Position numbers and translations under genes: made by a program | Shown: positions 12,607 through 26,293 of the stretch, in pieces | Position numbering within the stretch: the first letter of the stretch is position 1 | Layout of the letters: each line of letters starts with the position of its first letter | The notes under the pieces: model-generated | What the model saw: the letters and a program-made list of their open reading frames with translations, nothing else | The model's database searches: none | What the model was told of the DNA's origin: nothing | Source of the DNA: Paramecium tetraurelia | Taxonomy: Eukaryota | Assembly: GCA_000165425.1 (NCBI GenBank) | Contig: CT868011.1 | Coordinates: 186,001 to 250,000, forward strand | Length of the DNA stretch: 64,000 nucleotides | Reading direction: 5' to 3'

Positions 12607-13781
12607 TAATGATTTCATTATTATATTAATTTAATTAACTAATATCACTATATAATAAAGCGAAATAAAGAAACCGAATTTTAGAAAATGATTAATATGA
12701 AGTTTTAACTGATAAGATAAAATCAAATATACTCTAGTTATACTAATATTTCAATAAATTTTAATTTATTATTTAAAATTAAGATCATATTTTTCTATGT
12801 AATTTAATTATTTATCAAAGTACATTACATTTTGATAACACTTTAAAAACAATCTAAAAATGTTCAGATTTCTAAAATTTTTAAGTCTCTTTCTCCTCAT
12901 TTTTTTATGAAATCTTTCAATTCTTTGTTTTACAAAAGAATAATCATTTAAGTTTATTTATTTTGAAATCATTAATTATCTTACTTACCATAATTATTTA
13001 TTTGATGGTTCAATACTATTTGTAATAGTCCGAAATGTTTAAATAGTCGATCTCTTCTAGAATGATCAAATTGATTCTCTTCTTTCGTAATTTAACAATT
13101 ATTTTATATAGTATAACTTCTAGACATAATTGAATAAATATTTAATAGATTAAACTCTAATATTGATATATAGTGATTTTTGAAGTAAAATAGGCAACTT
13201 ATTTTGAGGGATTATTATAAGAAATTAAATATACTTTAAATCATTTAATAACTATATTGTAATTAAATCATTAATCATATTCGATTAGACATTATTAACA
13301 GAATTTCCAAAAGAGATAAAGTAGAAGTGTTTGCTAATTTTAGGACAAAAATTTAACTTTGAATTACCATTCTACACTGAAAATTCCTAAAGTTTTTTAT
13401 AAGAGGTATCCTCATTCAGCAGGATATTAGGTTAAGAATAAATTTATTCAGTAATCTTTATCATTTAAGCACAGCAACAAAACTTTACAGTTAGCAGTAA
13501 TATATATATGTACATATTTCAAATATTTTAATATATGCGCTTAATATTAGAGCTCCTAGGCATTTCTGCTTATTCAATAACTTCCAAAGTGAGGTAAAAC
13601 ATGAAATCTAAAATCAGTGAGTTTTTTTTTCTCATCATAAGGTATGTTGTTCAAGCTTTATAGATTAATAACTTTAATTATTAAATAAAATGGAAGTTTA
13701 ATAAAAACTTTTTTTTTTTTTATTAATTAATACAAAATTCTATAAAAATCATAATGTATCAAAATTCCTCGTAGCTTTAAA

Positions 13782-15029
13782 TCAATTTTGTTAATTATCC
13801 GCTTATTAGAATTTTTAATATTGTTTTATTAAATTCTCTAAGTCATATCTTGCTTTAATAATTTCCCTCTCTTCTAGACCTTCAGGTTTATAATATTATA
13901 AAAAAGCTCTTTTACAAAAATATTTATCAAAGTTCTCTCCTAATGCTTATAAGCTACTAACAATTGAGGTATCATTGGAAAAAAAGGTTCCTGTTTGTTT
14001 CATTTCTGCAAGCTCAGGTAATACTTAGTAATTAGATGATTTACATTAATAAATCTAAGAACTTTAGCCGAAGTAATTATTTAAATTGTTTAGAGCTTAA
14101 TCTAATTTACCATAAAAAGGGTTCAATTATTTTTATCTAAATAATAAGGCAGTACAAATATAATTCGGGGTTGTCGAACATTGATAAAGTTTTTAATCTT
14201 TTTTTAGTAGAAGTTAAATGAATTCTCTTTGTTCTAATTCTTTTCTAGCATAATCATTTATCAAAGTCATCTTACTATAAGATGGAATTAAAAAATGTAG
14301 CCGAGGATGAGGACACAAATTTTTAAAGAATATAGAGTTATCTTCTGAGTTAAATCTTCTAATTCCAGTATAGGCACTAATTATTTAAGCAACCAAATTA
14401 TTTAACTATGAATAATCAACAAAATCTAAATCTAATTGACGATCAATAAAATTGTACATTGACTCATTGTCAAACATTGTTATACTGTTAAAGCTATACA
14501 TCAAATTTTCCATTGAGAGCACAGCATTATAAATGGCAACAACATTATTTGAAATCTTTGAGGATGGGAAAATTATAAACCCATTACATCTTACTTTCCG
14601 GTAATAAATTTTCAACAAAGAGACTAAGTTACTAAGAAATCCGGATCCAGTTCCTCCACTGATCGAACTTGTTATCACAAACTCATCTAATCGATCCATC
14701 GTTTCTATTTATTTTTGAATACAATCTAATGCTTATTATTCAATCCCTCCCCCAATAGTACACAAACCTCGAGCAAAAGTTGATGCATCCTCTGTTCCAT
14801 GGAAAAATGAATGCTTTTTAAATTTCACTGATTGATTCCTTTAGACTTCGTGTATCATTCTGTCATCTGTATCGACAAAAAATGCTTATGGATAGTGATT
14901 CCCTTCGAATTCATCATAAATATAATTCTTCTGAGTTGTTTCATTGTATTCTTTTTCATACAGTTTCCATAACATATCACCCATCTTTATTCCAGCCCCT
15001 CCAACATGAATATGAAGTGCAGAAGACAT
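13782..15029 (-). CDS. Highly divergent alpha-like tubulin, intronless, 415 aa
   Basis: 'HIHVGGAGIKMG', 'EDASTFARG', 'SISGGTGSG', 'FDNESMY', 'NLCPHPRLHF', 'KRAFLQYYKPEGLEE'. Translated continuously to TGA at 13784-13782. Confidence 0.92.
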
Positions 15030-15966
15030 CCAAAGTTAAATAATTATTAAATAGATTTTTACATTTAATGAAACAAAAATGAAAAATATCACATAAACTG
15101 GTAGATTCCATTTTCAATTCAGTTTTAAAGCTAAATATATAAAAACCTCTATGAGGACAGGATATCTTCCTTTAAACTTAGATAACCTAATTTTTTAAGT
15201 GAATATTAAATTAAGATTATTGATTCAATAAATAATTTGATTTCTTAAATTCAATACTTTATACAATTTTGACATTGAAAAATACCCCAATGAATATTTA
15301 GCTTATCAGTGTATCCGCTGCCAAGATTTTGCTATTAAAAAAATTTGTAATTAAATAAAAATCAATTAATCATTTTACACTGTCTCTTTGTGGGTTTAAA
15401 CTGATTAATTGATTTCTTACAAACAAGAAAAGTGAACATTTATTTTCTTTTAGTATAGGTAAGTTTAATGTACAATTATTCTTATATTCAAGGTAGTTGT
15501 TATCTTACAATCTTTTTATGTGAATTATTCACGGAGGACTAAGATACTATAGTTTATATGAACAAAAAAGTTTTATGGCAATACACTTTGAATGTTCATT
15601 TCTATTGAGTGATAATCAAGTTATTCCTTCGATAATACCTTTTGGAGAGTAATAATATTAATTGATTAATATATTTAAATCTAGCATAAAACAAAGAATT
15701 CTATTAACTTTATGTTTTAAGTTCTGGGGTGTAAAAACTTTTTTATCTGCATATTACAAGTTTAAAGCATTAATAAGCTTTAATAAGTCTTTAGGGAAGA
15801 TTTTTGCAATTAGTTTATAATAAATTAATTCATTTAATTGATGTCTACATTTTGTCCTTTAAATCATTGGGAGACTTTAATCAAAAATGTATTAAATTTT
15901 CTATAGCATTCATATTATTAATGGATTTAATTTACTAATCAATTATTATCACTTTTTTCATCTTTC

Positions 15967-18063
15967 TCATTTGCCATCAACAAGAACAGTCAAATTACGA
16001 TGAGGTCGTCTGTTACCATCTTTTGGGGAATTTTTGTTTGAATTGAGTCCAGAGAGATCTTTACTTTTTTTTGGCTCTTATCCGAATCTCATAGCATTAA
16101 TAAGCATAGTGACTCTTCTAGGCATAGGTAAAAAGGAATGGGAATTTTTAAAACTTAATTTTTCAATTTCTTTTTATCTTTCGTTAGTTTTATCAATAGT
16201 ATTACTTTTTTCAGGCAACTGACGAAAAGAGACTGCAATTTTTGAATTTCTGGGTTTATCTTAATTGATTTTATCAGATTAAATTAATTGATGCGAAACA
16301 TTAGAGTCCAATTCAACAACTAAGACATCACTTTTGACAAAGCCATTATAATTGTACCCACCAAAAATAAAAATTTTAGTATCCAGACAAGAAGAGGAGT
16401 GTCCACATCTTCCAGGCATTTAGGCTCCTTTTAGTTCTAGTTGTATCCAAGAGGAGTTCCTTACATCAAACAAATATAAATCATTGAGGAATCCTTCAAC
16501 AGTATTGTCGTCATTCTTTCCACCATAGACAACAATGGCACCCAAGGCTTCATTGTAATTCATAGAATGTTGACATCTAGCCACTTAAATTAATAAAATA
16601 TGCTTACTGGGACTGCTTCCTTTGTAATCCACCAACTCAATTCGAATAGGTTTTTGATATACATCAATACGAATAAATGTGTCTAAATAATTTCCAAATT
16701 TGTCTTGACCTCCGAATACATAAACACCTTGATTGGAAAATTTCAGATCAGGATCTTGACGATAAATGTCACAAAATTTGTTTTGTGTAACTAAGCTAGA
16801 CTTATGAAATGCAATTCCATTGGCATATAATTCATGTGAGTCTACATTTAGAGGGATCCATTTAGATGACTAGATGTCATAACAAATTAGATCTTTCATA
16901 TAATTGCCTCTATTATCGATTCCTCCAAAGACCAGTAGGCATCTCCCAACAATTTCGCTGATGTGACATTTTCTGGGAGATACTGTTCCTGGTTATTTGA
17001 TTAATTTAATATCAAAGGATGCTTTATTAAATGACATTATCAATACTTAAAGAAATAGTCTTGACATCACTTGTACATTCACTAACTATTTTGTTATTCG
17101 ATTGTTCTATATGAATTTCTCCGCCAAAAAGAATCATAAAATTCTTGTAGATTCCAGCAGTATGATGAACTCTATACCCATGGATTGATTTTTCATCTAA
17201 TTTTTGAGGACTCCACTTGTAAAACTCTATGTAAATTATTATTCCATATTACATTTATCAATAATAGCCACACACAAATCTTCTTATTAGACAGAACTAG
17301 ACCCTCCATACAAATAAAGTTTTCTATCGAAGGTGACCATTGTACTTCCGTCCCTTGAACAAGGACCCCAGAAGTTATAATCATAATTAAAAGCATAAGC
17401 AAATTGCTTTTTAATTTAACTTAATGCAACTTATGATTCAAGTATTCTTTTTTATAATTGCTAAGCATCAGTGTTTCTTTCTTACAATTACTAAACACCT
17501 CCTAATCTTACCTATTTTCTTAGCAACTCTAACTTTTATTAATCTTAATATGCTAAAGAAGGGTAGACTTTGATTCCATTAGTTTAAGAATGAATTTTTT
17601 TTAAAGCTTATTTGACTTGGTTCAATTGACTCTCCTCTTATTATTTGTATTGCTTTCTCATTTTGTGAAATGTCTCTCTATTGTGAATTAATTACAATTT
17701 TCTAGATGTATTGAATTTTTCTTGATCGACGGTTTCCAATTCCTACTCATCCAAGGATGGCTCTCCAAAGAGATATTTACTATAATTATTCCAAACCATT
17801 TTGGATTGTTAGAAGGATCGTTTTAATTCTGAAACTGCCCCTTGATTCAGTTCTCGAAAGGAAATAAAACTTTGGACTTCACTATCTGGTTAAATTTGAA
17901 GCAATTCACAATTCTCATTTATCGCCATTGGGTAAAACTGATTCAATGACAAAGGACTTAATTTGTTGTGAGTCTTTTTATATTTTTCGAATAGAGTTGT
18001 TATGTCCATTCTTGCGTTTGAATGAAAAGAAAGAGAATCAACTTTTGGACTGTAGATATCCAT
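15967..18063 (-). CDS. Kelch-repeat beta-propeller protein with N-terminal coiled coil
   Basis: Repeats 'SPRKCHISEIVGRCLLVFGG', 'GVYVFGGQD', 'PVARCQHSM...IVVYGGK', 'PGRCGHSSSCLDTKIFIFGGY'. Confidence 0.88.
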
Positions 18064-18081
18064 TATATAATTATTATTATT

Positions 18082-19805
18082 ATGTAGAAATCCTGGGAAA
18101 CCTTATGTAAGAATCTCAGAAGTCCTTTCCTTTAACATTTCTTGGATATTTAAACTCTCATCGATGAACTTGCTCAATAAATAGATCAACCTTAAGTATC
18201 TCATGAAATCGCAATTCAAATTTAAGAAATGATATCCCAAATCGTTTAGATGTACATTCAAATACTAAGTTTAGTATAGATATTGAACACTAAAATCTAC
18301 TCGATGGTTTCGAACAGAGTGTCTTGTTATTTGCATAAATAGATTCAGATGATCGTGTCAAGTAGTTTGAAACATTAAATCTCATTTAAGAGTTGTTTAA
18401 TAAACTAGCTCTATCCTATTTCTATAGCGATGATCTCCTGGAGGAGAAGAAGGTTTAAATGCCCATAAATGATGGCACTTCGACTTGTTCTGATTTCTCA
18501 GATGATAATTTTGAAGTAGAAGACTTTGAAGCTCAAGTAGCTCAAGAGCTCTTTCAATAAATTAAAGGCAAACTACAGGAACCAGAAATCGAGTAGAAAT
18601 GTTACCAATTCTAATTTACAATCTTCTAGGAGGAATTGAACATTATGGACTTTTTTAACGATTCACTTGAATTGTAAATTAAGGAGTATGATGTCATTGT
18701 GTTTTTAAATTATTCAGGACTCCTCCAGAAATTGATGAATTATAAGTAGGACAATCAATTGGAATTCTTTGTTGGTCAATTGTATATAATACTAAACAAA
18801 ATTAAAAATGATGAAGTAGATTCATTGATAGAAACTAATTGTTTTGAACTTAAATACAGTAGACTCTCACAAAGGAAATTCTTGAGGTGTAAGATCCTCT
18901 CTAACTTATACACTAAATTAGTATATGAGAAATTGGATAGATGGAGAAAGACTCAACATATTCAAGAAATACAAGGCGAGAATTTAAAAGCCTTGAGACG
19001 TTTCATTGTTTAGCATAAGGCTCCTTTAAGTAGATGGGAAGTCAGTATTCTATCTATTCAAGATGTTCAAATCAATAATGAAAATATTCTTGACAAATTT
19101 CAAAAATTAGTCATTGCCCTATCACTCCCTTATGACTTGCTTTTAGAGAATTTCAACATTTTGGATAAATTGTATGTCAATTTACAATAATTCTAAAAAT
19201 GGTTTAAATTGAGTTCAATTCCATTTACAGTCTCTGAAATCTCTTCACTATTTAAAGAAGTCAGTTAAACATATGGTTACTATACTAATTCAGGTATCAA
19301 AGTTATTCAAAGGGTTGATTTCTATTAGTTTTTAGAAGCTGTTTACGCTCCTAATTAAAACGAAAAGACTGCCAAGGAAAAGCCTGAAGTAAAAAGTGTC
19401 AAATATAATGATGAAATTACTATCCAACAGTATAATCGTCACCTATAACTTAAAGTCAATGATTTGTAATTATAACTTAATCAAAAAAACGCGACTGTCG
19501 ATTAACTAAAAAAGGCTCAACAGGAAACACAATAAACAACTAGAATCAAGACCAAATCTAATAATGAGATAAAGGATAAGGAATCTGAAATCAAAATTGA
19601 ACTATTACATTAAGCAGAAATCAACTCCATTAACAATGAAACTTAGTAGCAACTTAAAGTAGTAGAACTTAAATGGAAAAATAAAACCAAAGACTTGTTG
19701 TTTGACTTAGAAAATAAAGATAAATAGATTGATCAATATCGACAGCAAATTGAAGCTTTAATGAAAGAACTTGAATGGGTAAAAACAGAAAGAAAGACCA
19801 AATGA
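18082..19805 (+). CDS. Hypothetical protein with C-terminal coiled coil
   Basis: Long table-6 ORF from 'MQKSWETLCKNLRSPF' to '...VKTERKTK*' with heptad-rich C-terminus; at least one short intron. Confidence 0.7.
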
Positions 19806-19849
19806 ATCTTATATCACTTTAATATTTATAATATAACAATAATCATATG

Positions 19850-20415
19850 TCAATTTCAATCAGAGATAAATTGAATTCTGAGAAAGGCTAATAAATGGTA
19901 AATTATTCATATAAAAGTGCATTATTGTCTCAATATTTGTGTAAAAAGGAATAGAATTGATTAGCATTATTGTATTCAACTATTAAATGCTTTAGAAAGT
20001 TAAAATGCCTGATTGTATATAGATGCTCTAGTTTCATGATTAATTAATTATTTTAAATTTCTATTTAATTTCAACTAATATTTACTCTCCAATCTTGGCT
20101 CATGTATTCGATTACATCAACACATTTACTTATTTCTTCAATAGTTTTAACCCTTTCTTTTAAATCAACTAGTTGATTCATACCAATCTATTATATCTGC
20201 GTAAAAATGAACCTTTCTCGTACATAATTTAAGCCTAAGCCTTAATTTAAGTTGAGATTCTCTCAAATTCATTCTATTTAATCACTTACCTCTATAAAAG
20301 AGAATTACATTTTCTAAGTCCATAGACAATAAGAATATCTTCAAATCTAATTCATGAAAAAGGGCTAAATTTTTAGTTAGATATATACTACTCCTAAACA
20401 AAAGCATACATTCAT
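19850..20415 (-). pseudogene. Possible small or decayed gene
   Basis: Coding-like segments in several frames; I could not join them into one ORF with plausible introns. Confidence 0.3.
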
Positions 20416-20454
20416 TGTAATTAAATAATATAAAACTAATTTCATTATATACAA

Positions 20455-21756
20455 TCATTTTTCATTCTTAGTCTCAAATAATAACTAAATTGTTTTGCAT
20501 TTTAACTTTAATACTTTTATTACTAATAGCAAGATTGCACTTATTTCTTTAAATTTTCTATATACTCTTCAAGGAAATCAAATTTATCAAGTTGCTCCAA
20601 TATCTCAAAAGGCAAATCCCATTTTACATTGACTTGGCCATAATCATTTATCCATTGAATAAGATTCTCGATTCTTGTTTTAGTATTTTGAATAGCGATT
20701 GCCCACTTTTTTTGATTCTCTCCAAAATCCTTTCTTCTATTTTAATAAGCATCTTTTAGTTCCTTGATTTCCTTTTTAATCAATTTTAAGTTGTCTAACA
20801 TAATTTAGAAATGGTCAAAATGCCCATTGTTATTATTTTATTACATATATTAATATTATTAATATTTTATTCACTCTGTTTCATCTTCTATTTTATCCAA
20901 TTCTCCTCTTAATTTTTGTAATTTCTCTCTATGATTTTACAACTTACTACAAGATGTCTCTGAATACTTCTTAGCCTCTTATTCTTTCAATTCAATTTGA
21001 TGTCCGACCTTTGCTAAACTTTATTTAGTTTGATTCCATTTCTTATAATTTTCAGAATGCTGATTTTTTCTTTCCTCATAGATTTAATGGAAGATATCAT
21101 GAATTTCTTTTTGAACAGTTCTCAATTAGGTTTCAAATCCCTTCTTATCCTATTGTATTATTTCAATAATTTACTTCAATGTATAATAATTAATCTTCCT
21201 TTTCTTTAATTCTATCGAACAATCTAGCCTCGTTTAAAGAAACTTCAAAATCTGGTAGAGGATCTGGTTTATAGTGTTCAAGTCTTTATTGCTCCGATTT
21301 TAAATACAAAATTTCATCTTAATTTTCTTTTAGTTTGCTGGCAATCTCTTTCTCCAAATTTGCAATTGTAAGTTCTTCATTATCAATAGCCTGTATAATT
21401 AGTATTCATATTACATTTTATTTCTTTTATTGCTACTCTTTAATTTTTTTAAGCTTAATTTCTTATCTTTTCTTTTCCTTCTCCAACTCCTATTATTTTT
21501 GTTCATCTTATCTTGCTTTCATTTGAATTGTTATTTTATCGGGCTCGTTCTAAATGATCAAATTATATATTATTACAATTGCATACAAGTCACTGGTGTT
21601 TGACACTTAAATTATATCACCTTCCTCATCCTAATACGATAATTCAATTTCTTGAATAGTTTAATATTTTTGTAATATCTCTTGTATAAGTTCCTCATAC
21701 GTAGAAATAGTATTGTAAATAGAAGTTTCTCCATTGTATTAGATTTAAAAATCCAT
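20455..21756 (-). CDS. PB1-domain coiled-coil protein
   Basis: 'MDFQIQYNGET...TYEELIQEI...IELSYQDEEGDIIQVSNTSDL' is a PB1 OPCA motif, followed by a long coiled coil. Confidence 0.8.
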
Positions 21757-22283
21757 TGATTTAAAATATTAGTATGTATTTTTAATTTCTTTGATAAATT
21801 TCAAAATAAACACATTATAGAATTATGTTAATACCATTACATATCATTCTTTATGGACTAGAAATTCGAGAATAAAGTGTTTTTTCTGTTCTTAATCAAA
21901 CAGGAAATGAAATAAAAAGGAAAATGATTGTAACTCAACTGATTTATGTTAATTATATATATAACTAAAATGGTATTCAATATTATATCTATAATTTATG
22001 TCCATAATTAATTTAAATTAATTTTGAAGGTAAATACTTCTTTGATCTCATTTATATTAAAATATAATTTTATTCAAAGAAATAAATAATTTTAACAAAA
22101 TTATTAATTGGTCAAAACAAACATTAGTAAATTAATCAAATTACTTAAACAGCTATTATTTAATCAAATAGCTATGATATTCGAGTTATAATAAATCAAA
22201 TAACTTTAAATGAATTTATAAATAATAATTTTATAATATTACTTTGGTTTAAATTACAATAGCAAATAGATTGTCATAAAAAT

Positions 22284-22717
22284 TCAAGATTTAGTTTAGT
22301 ATGCTTTAAATTAGATGATGGTTTTTTTTTGGCGAATTTCTGACAATAACAATTAACTAATTCTTTGTATTTGACTTCCTTAATTTATTTGTGTTATGCT
22401 ACTTTGATTTATAATTTATTCGTGTATTGCTACTTATCCTTATATGAGAATTAATCTTCAAATGCAAATACAATATCCTTATCTGTTTCAAGTTTATATT
22501 TAACTTATATCGGCTCATTTTTTTATTGTTATTTGATTTGATTATAAAATTGCAGAGATTTTGCTCTTTGAGTTCTTGTAGTTTTATTGAGAATCATTTA
22601 TAGATATAATTTAGGATCCATATTCATATTGACATCCTGGTCATTATTAAAGATGCTGGGTAGGAAGATTTTGTTTTTTGTGTTTTCTAAGCTTAGATTT
22701 CTTTTCTTTATTGACAT
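22284..22717 (-). CDS. Small basic hypothetical protein
   Basis: ORF 'MSIRKRNLSLENTKNKIFLPSIF...' ending at TGA 22286-22284. Confidence 0.55.
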
Positions 22718-22740
22718 TTATTTATATTAATTATTATATA

Positions 22741-24774
22741 TCACAAATTACAACTAAATAATGATTGTATATTGTTTAGGAAACGATACAAGTATTCTAC
22801 GATTCCAATTTCATTTATCTTGAAGAAGATCAAATTCGTATTCTAATTACATTAACTAATAAGGGAATCAGCTTTATTAAATTGTTCAGCGCAATAATCT
22901 CTCTGGTCGAACTATTCTAAAGAAAAATGAATGCATAAAATTACCTAATTAATCATAAATGAAGGCCATCTCATAATAATTTTATTGTATCATAGTGATC
23001 CAACCAACTTAAATGGCAAAATTAATGGATGTGGCATAATACTTAATGTTCTTATAAGTACGAGCCATAAGATTCCAAAACTTAGCTTGAGTAACGCAAT
23101 TGGATTATGATAATTCATACAAATTGATATTATTTAATTTATCTTAAGCTTCTTGAATCTAATCCTATTGGATATTTCTTTCAATTTTATTCAGTTTGTA
23201 TTCCAGATATTATTGATTCAAATGAAATTGCTTGCATAATTTAATAATCTCCAGATCATTCTCTCCATCCTTTAATAGTTACTTGACTCTAAGTTTAGGA
23301 TCTTATCATATGAATATCTTACTCTTAATTGGTACAATTTGCAAGGATTCAGAAATGTAAGGATCAGGATTCATTTACAATAATTGTATCATAATCTACT
23401 TAATGTATTTAATTGAGATTGGTTCATTGATAATTTCAAAGTATTCCAGACATATATTCAAAATGACTAAGATTGATTATTCACTCAAATTATAGGTGGT
23501 TTCAAAACATTATTAGAATTGTGACAATGTGTACAAAGGTTGATGCAAGGCTATTTGACTCAAGGCTTCTAATTGAAGAGAAAGAGTCTAATCATTTTAA
23601 TCAAATTGCTGTAATTAATCCAATGCATTTTGAATCATGGTTGAATTGCCGTAATTGTTTGCACATACCAATTAGTATGCAGTGATGGACTATTCAATGT
23701 CTGGACTGTGAGACTGTAAAATCTATTTCAAACTCTAATGTATTATGTCTTTCCAATTGATATGCTTCTTCTTCAACAATGAATAATTAATTTATTTGTA
23801 TCTTACTTGTGACCCGTAGATCAAAGCACTCTATAATCTATGTTATGGACTCAACTATTGAGCATGATTCACAGCATATTCTAATAATAGAGTAGCCTAT
23901 AAAAATGAACAATCAGTTTACTTATTTTTGATAATTGTTGCGATATGCGATTTCAAAGAGATTGAGCAAACAAAGATTAATACTTTGTTTCATCAGATAC
24001 AGTCTATGACAATCTCAAACCTTCAGATAAACTATTCAAAGCTTCATCATAGAAATTCATCTTCATGTTGAGGTAGATGGAGTTCATAATACAATGATTC
24101 ACTTTTTTGGGCACAAGAGTGTTCAATGTCATATCGTAATATTTACGAGAGAATTTTATAGCTCTAAATGGATATCGTAATATGGCATATAAGAGTGCTT
24201 TAAGAAAGCTGACTTTACAATTCTCATTCAAATTTGGTTACTCGATTATTTGTTTCAACTCTTCTAAATTTACATAGCTTGAACTCGCTAGCAAGTAGAA
24301 TGCATAAGATACTTTGTAATTTAGTGAGTAAGAACTCGATGTATGAATCAGTTAGGAAGGGATTGTTTTGGAGATGATTGTCTTGACCTTCTCTGAAATC
24401 ACTCCAAGATTTTAACATTTGATTGAAATCCATTTGATTGAATAGCAATAGCATATTCCTAAAGAACAAATCAACAACACTGCCTCCTGGAGTTTTCTAT
24501 TATTATTTTTCACGAAGTGCTGCTATTACAATTAATTCATTACTTTCTCCTATTATCTTATGGAATTTATTCATAGAGGTAATCTGTAACAATTCAGGTT
24601 CAATGTGGCTGAGGATTGTATTTTGCAATGTTGGATTATTCACAATCTCCATAACATCATGAATCTTATGTAATATAAATTATGAGTTACTTTTAAATAC
24701 TCAGTCAAGAGATCGTAAACTTATTGACTAGGTTTCCTTAATAGGAGGATCAATAAAATGAGATTGTTGTTCAT
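22741..24774 (-). CDS. APC5: Anaphase-promoting complex subunit 5 (APC5)
   Basis: 'GSVVDLFFRNMLLLFNQMDFNQMLK' resembles APC5 'SVVGLFLRHMILAYSKLSFSQV'; 'AIKFSRKYYD...HCIMNSIYLN...DEALNSLSEGLRLSQ' resembles the APC5 TPR-like domain. Confidence 0.75.
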
Positions 24775-24994
24775 TAATTTTTCAAATTTAAAATATTTTA
24801 TCTAATTATTATTATACACTCCCTAGAGTTTCTAGTATATGTGTATTACCATATTTTCAAGATAGTCTTAAAATACGAACGAGGGCAATATCAAGATAGC
24901 ATTCCAACATCTTTAAACAATATGTTGAAATACAGTAACTCTATGTTTTTATCTCTTTTTATTGGGTTCTATTTATAAATAAATTCAATATCAA

Positions 24995-26274
24995 ATGGGA
25001 GGAAAAGAATCAAAAGCTTAAAAAAATAATGACACTTAAAAAATTAGTCAAATATACACTGAAGAAGTAGAGAAGCCAGAGAAATATCCTCCTTAAGTAA
25101 AACCCTTAGAGAAGGTGAGTAACCCCTTTCCAGAAATACCAAATTACATGGATATGTTGACTTAGGTGTTACCTGTGAACAAATATCCAAAAGTCCCCAA
25201 CTATTTGACACATGAATTAATAACCGATCTGAAAATGCTAAAACACCTTTTAACAACAGCTTCGACTTGCTTGTAGAAATCAAGTAAAATCAATATCGAT
25301 CAACCTCTGTATTCATCTAGATTGATAGAAGTCAATGATCATCAGAACAAATTAAAATCATTTCAATCATCATTGCTCAATGAGATTCAGACTGGACAGC
25401 TATCCCAAATAATAGAGAAAGATCAAGAAGAGTTGACCAAGATTAAGTTAAGTCAAGTGATAGAGAGTTTGAAATTGATTGCCAAATATGCGTTCTATTG
25501 TTAGGGCTTATTGTAGAAGATTCCTGAAACATCGAAAGAGTTTTTGGTTTCACTAAACAATCTCATATTGAGTACCAACATGAATTCTATTTTGTTGCAA
25601 TATATTGGATATTACGATGAGGGCAATTAAGCTATCAGACAAAACGCTTAGACTCTATTCAAGTAGTTTTTGGAGTCTCAAGAGTTCAGCTAAGTAATTC
25701 TGAAATATTTGGACATTGTGAAAGAACAACTAAACAATGTTGTGCCTATTTTATAGAATCTGAACGATTGTTCGAATATATTCTAGTTTGAGGAGGAAAA
25801 TGACGAGACTTTCATTTAAATTTATTAGAAAATCCAATCGGAACCAAAAAAATAAGAGTTCCACATAAAATAACTATTTGAACAAAAGTATTTATTAATT
25901 CTATGACAAGACAATTCTAATCGAAGGGATTGGAGAAGGCTGAATAGATTTTGGAAGACTAGAAATACGAGAACTTTGTATAAACAAAATTGGATGACAG
26001 TGAGGGATCGAAGTAGTTCACTTTGTTATTGAGACAGTTCATAGATATTTTGGAGGAGAAAACTGAGAATTGGGAGAATGTGCTGAGAGTTACTCTCATG
26101 GCAACTACTGAGAAGGATAAAATCAGGTTGCTTCTGTGTGAGTTTAGCAAGTTGTAAATCCAATCGTCTTTGCATTTGGTGCATTTTTGTATCAATGAAC
26201 TATAATACAAAATGGATTACGGCCATTCATTTGCTCAACTATAGAAGTTTGTTCAGATAATAGATAAAATATGA
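24995..26274 (+). CDS. Hypothetical protein, predicted N-myristoylated (MGGKES)
   Basis: Starts MGGKES (MGxxxS motif); helical/coiled body; TGA 26272-26274; intron positions uncertain. Confidence 0.65.
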
Positions 26275-26293
26275 TATAAATTAAATATATATA

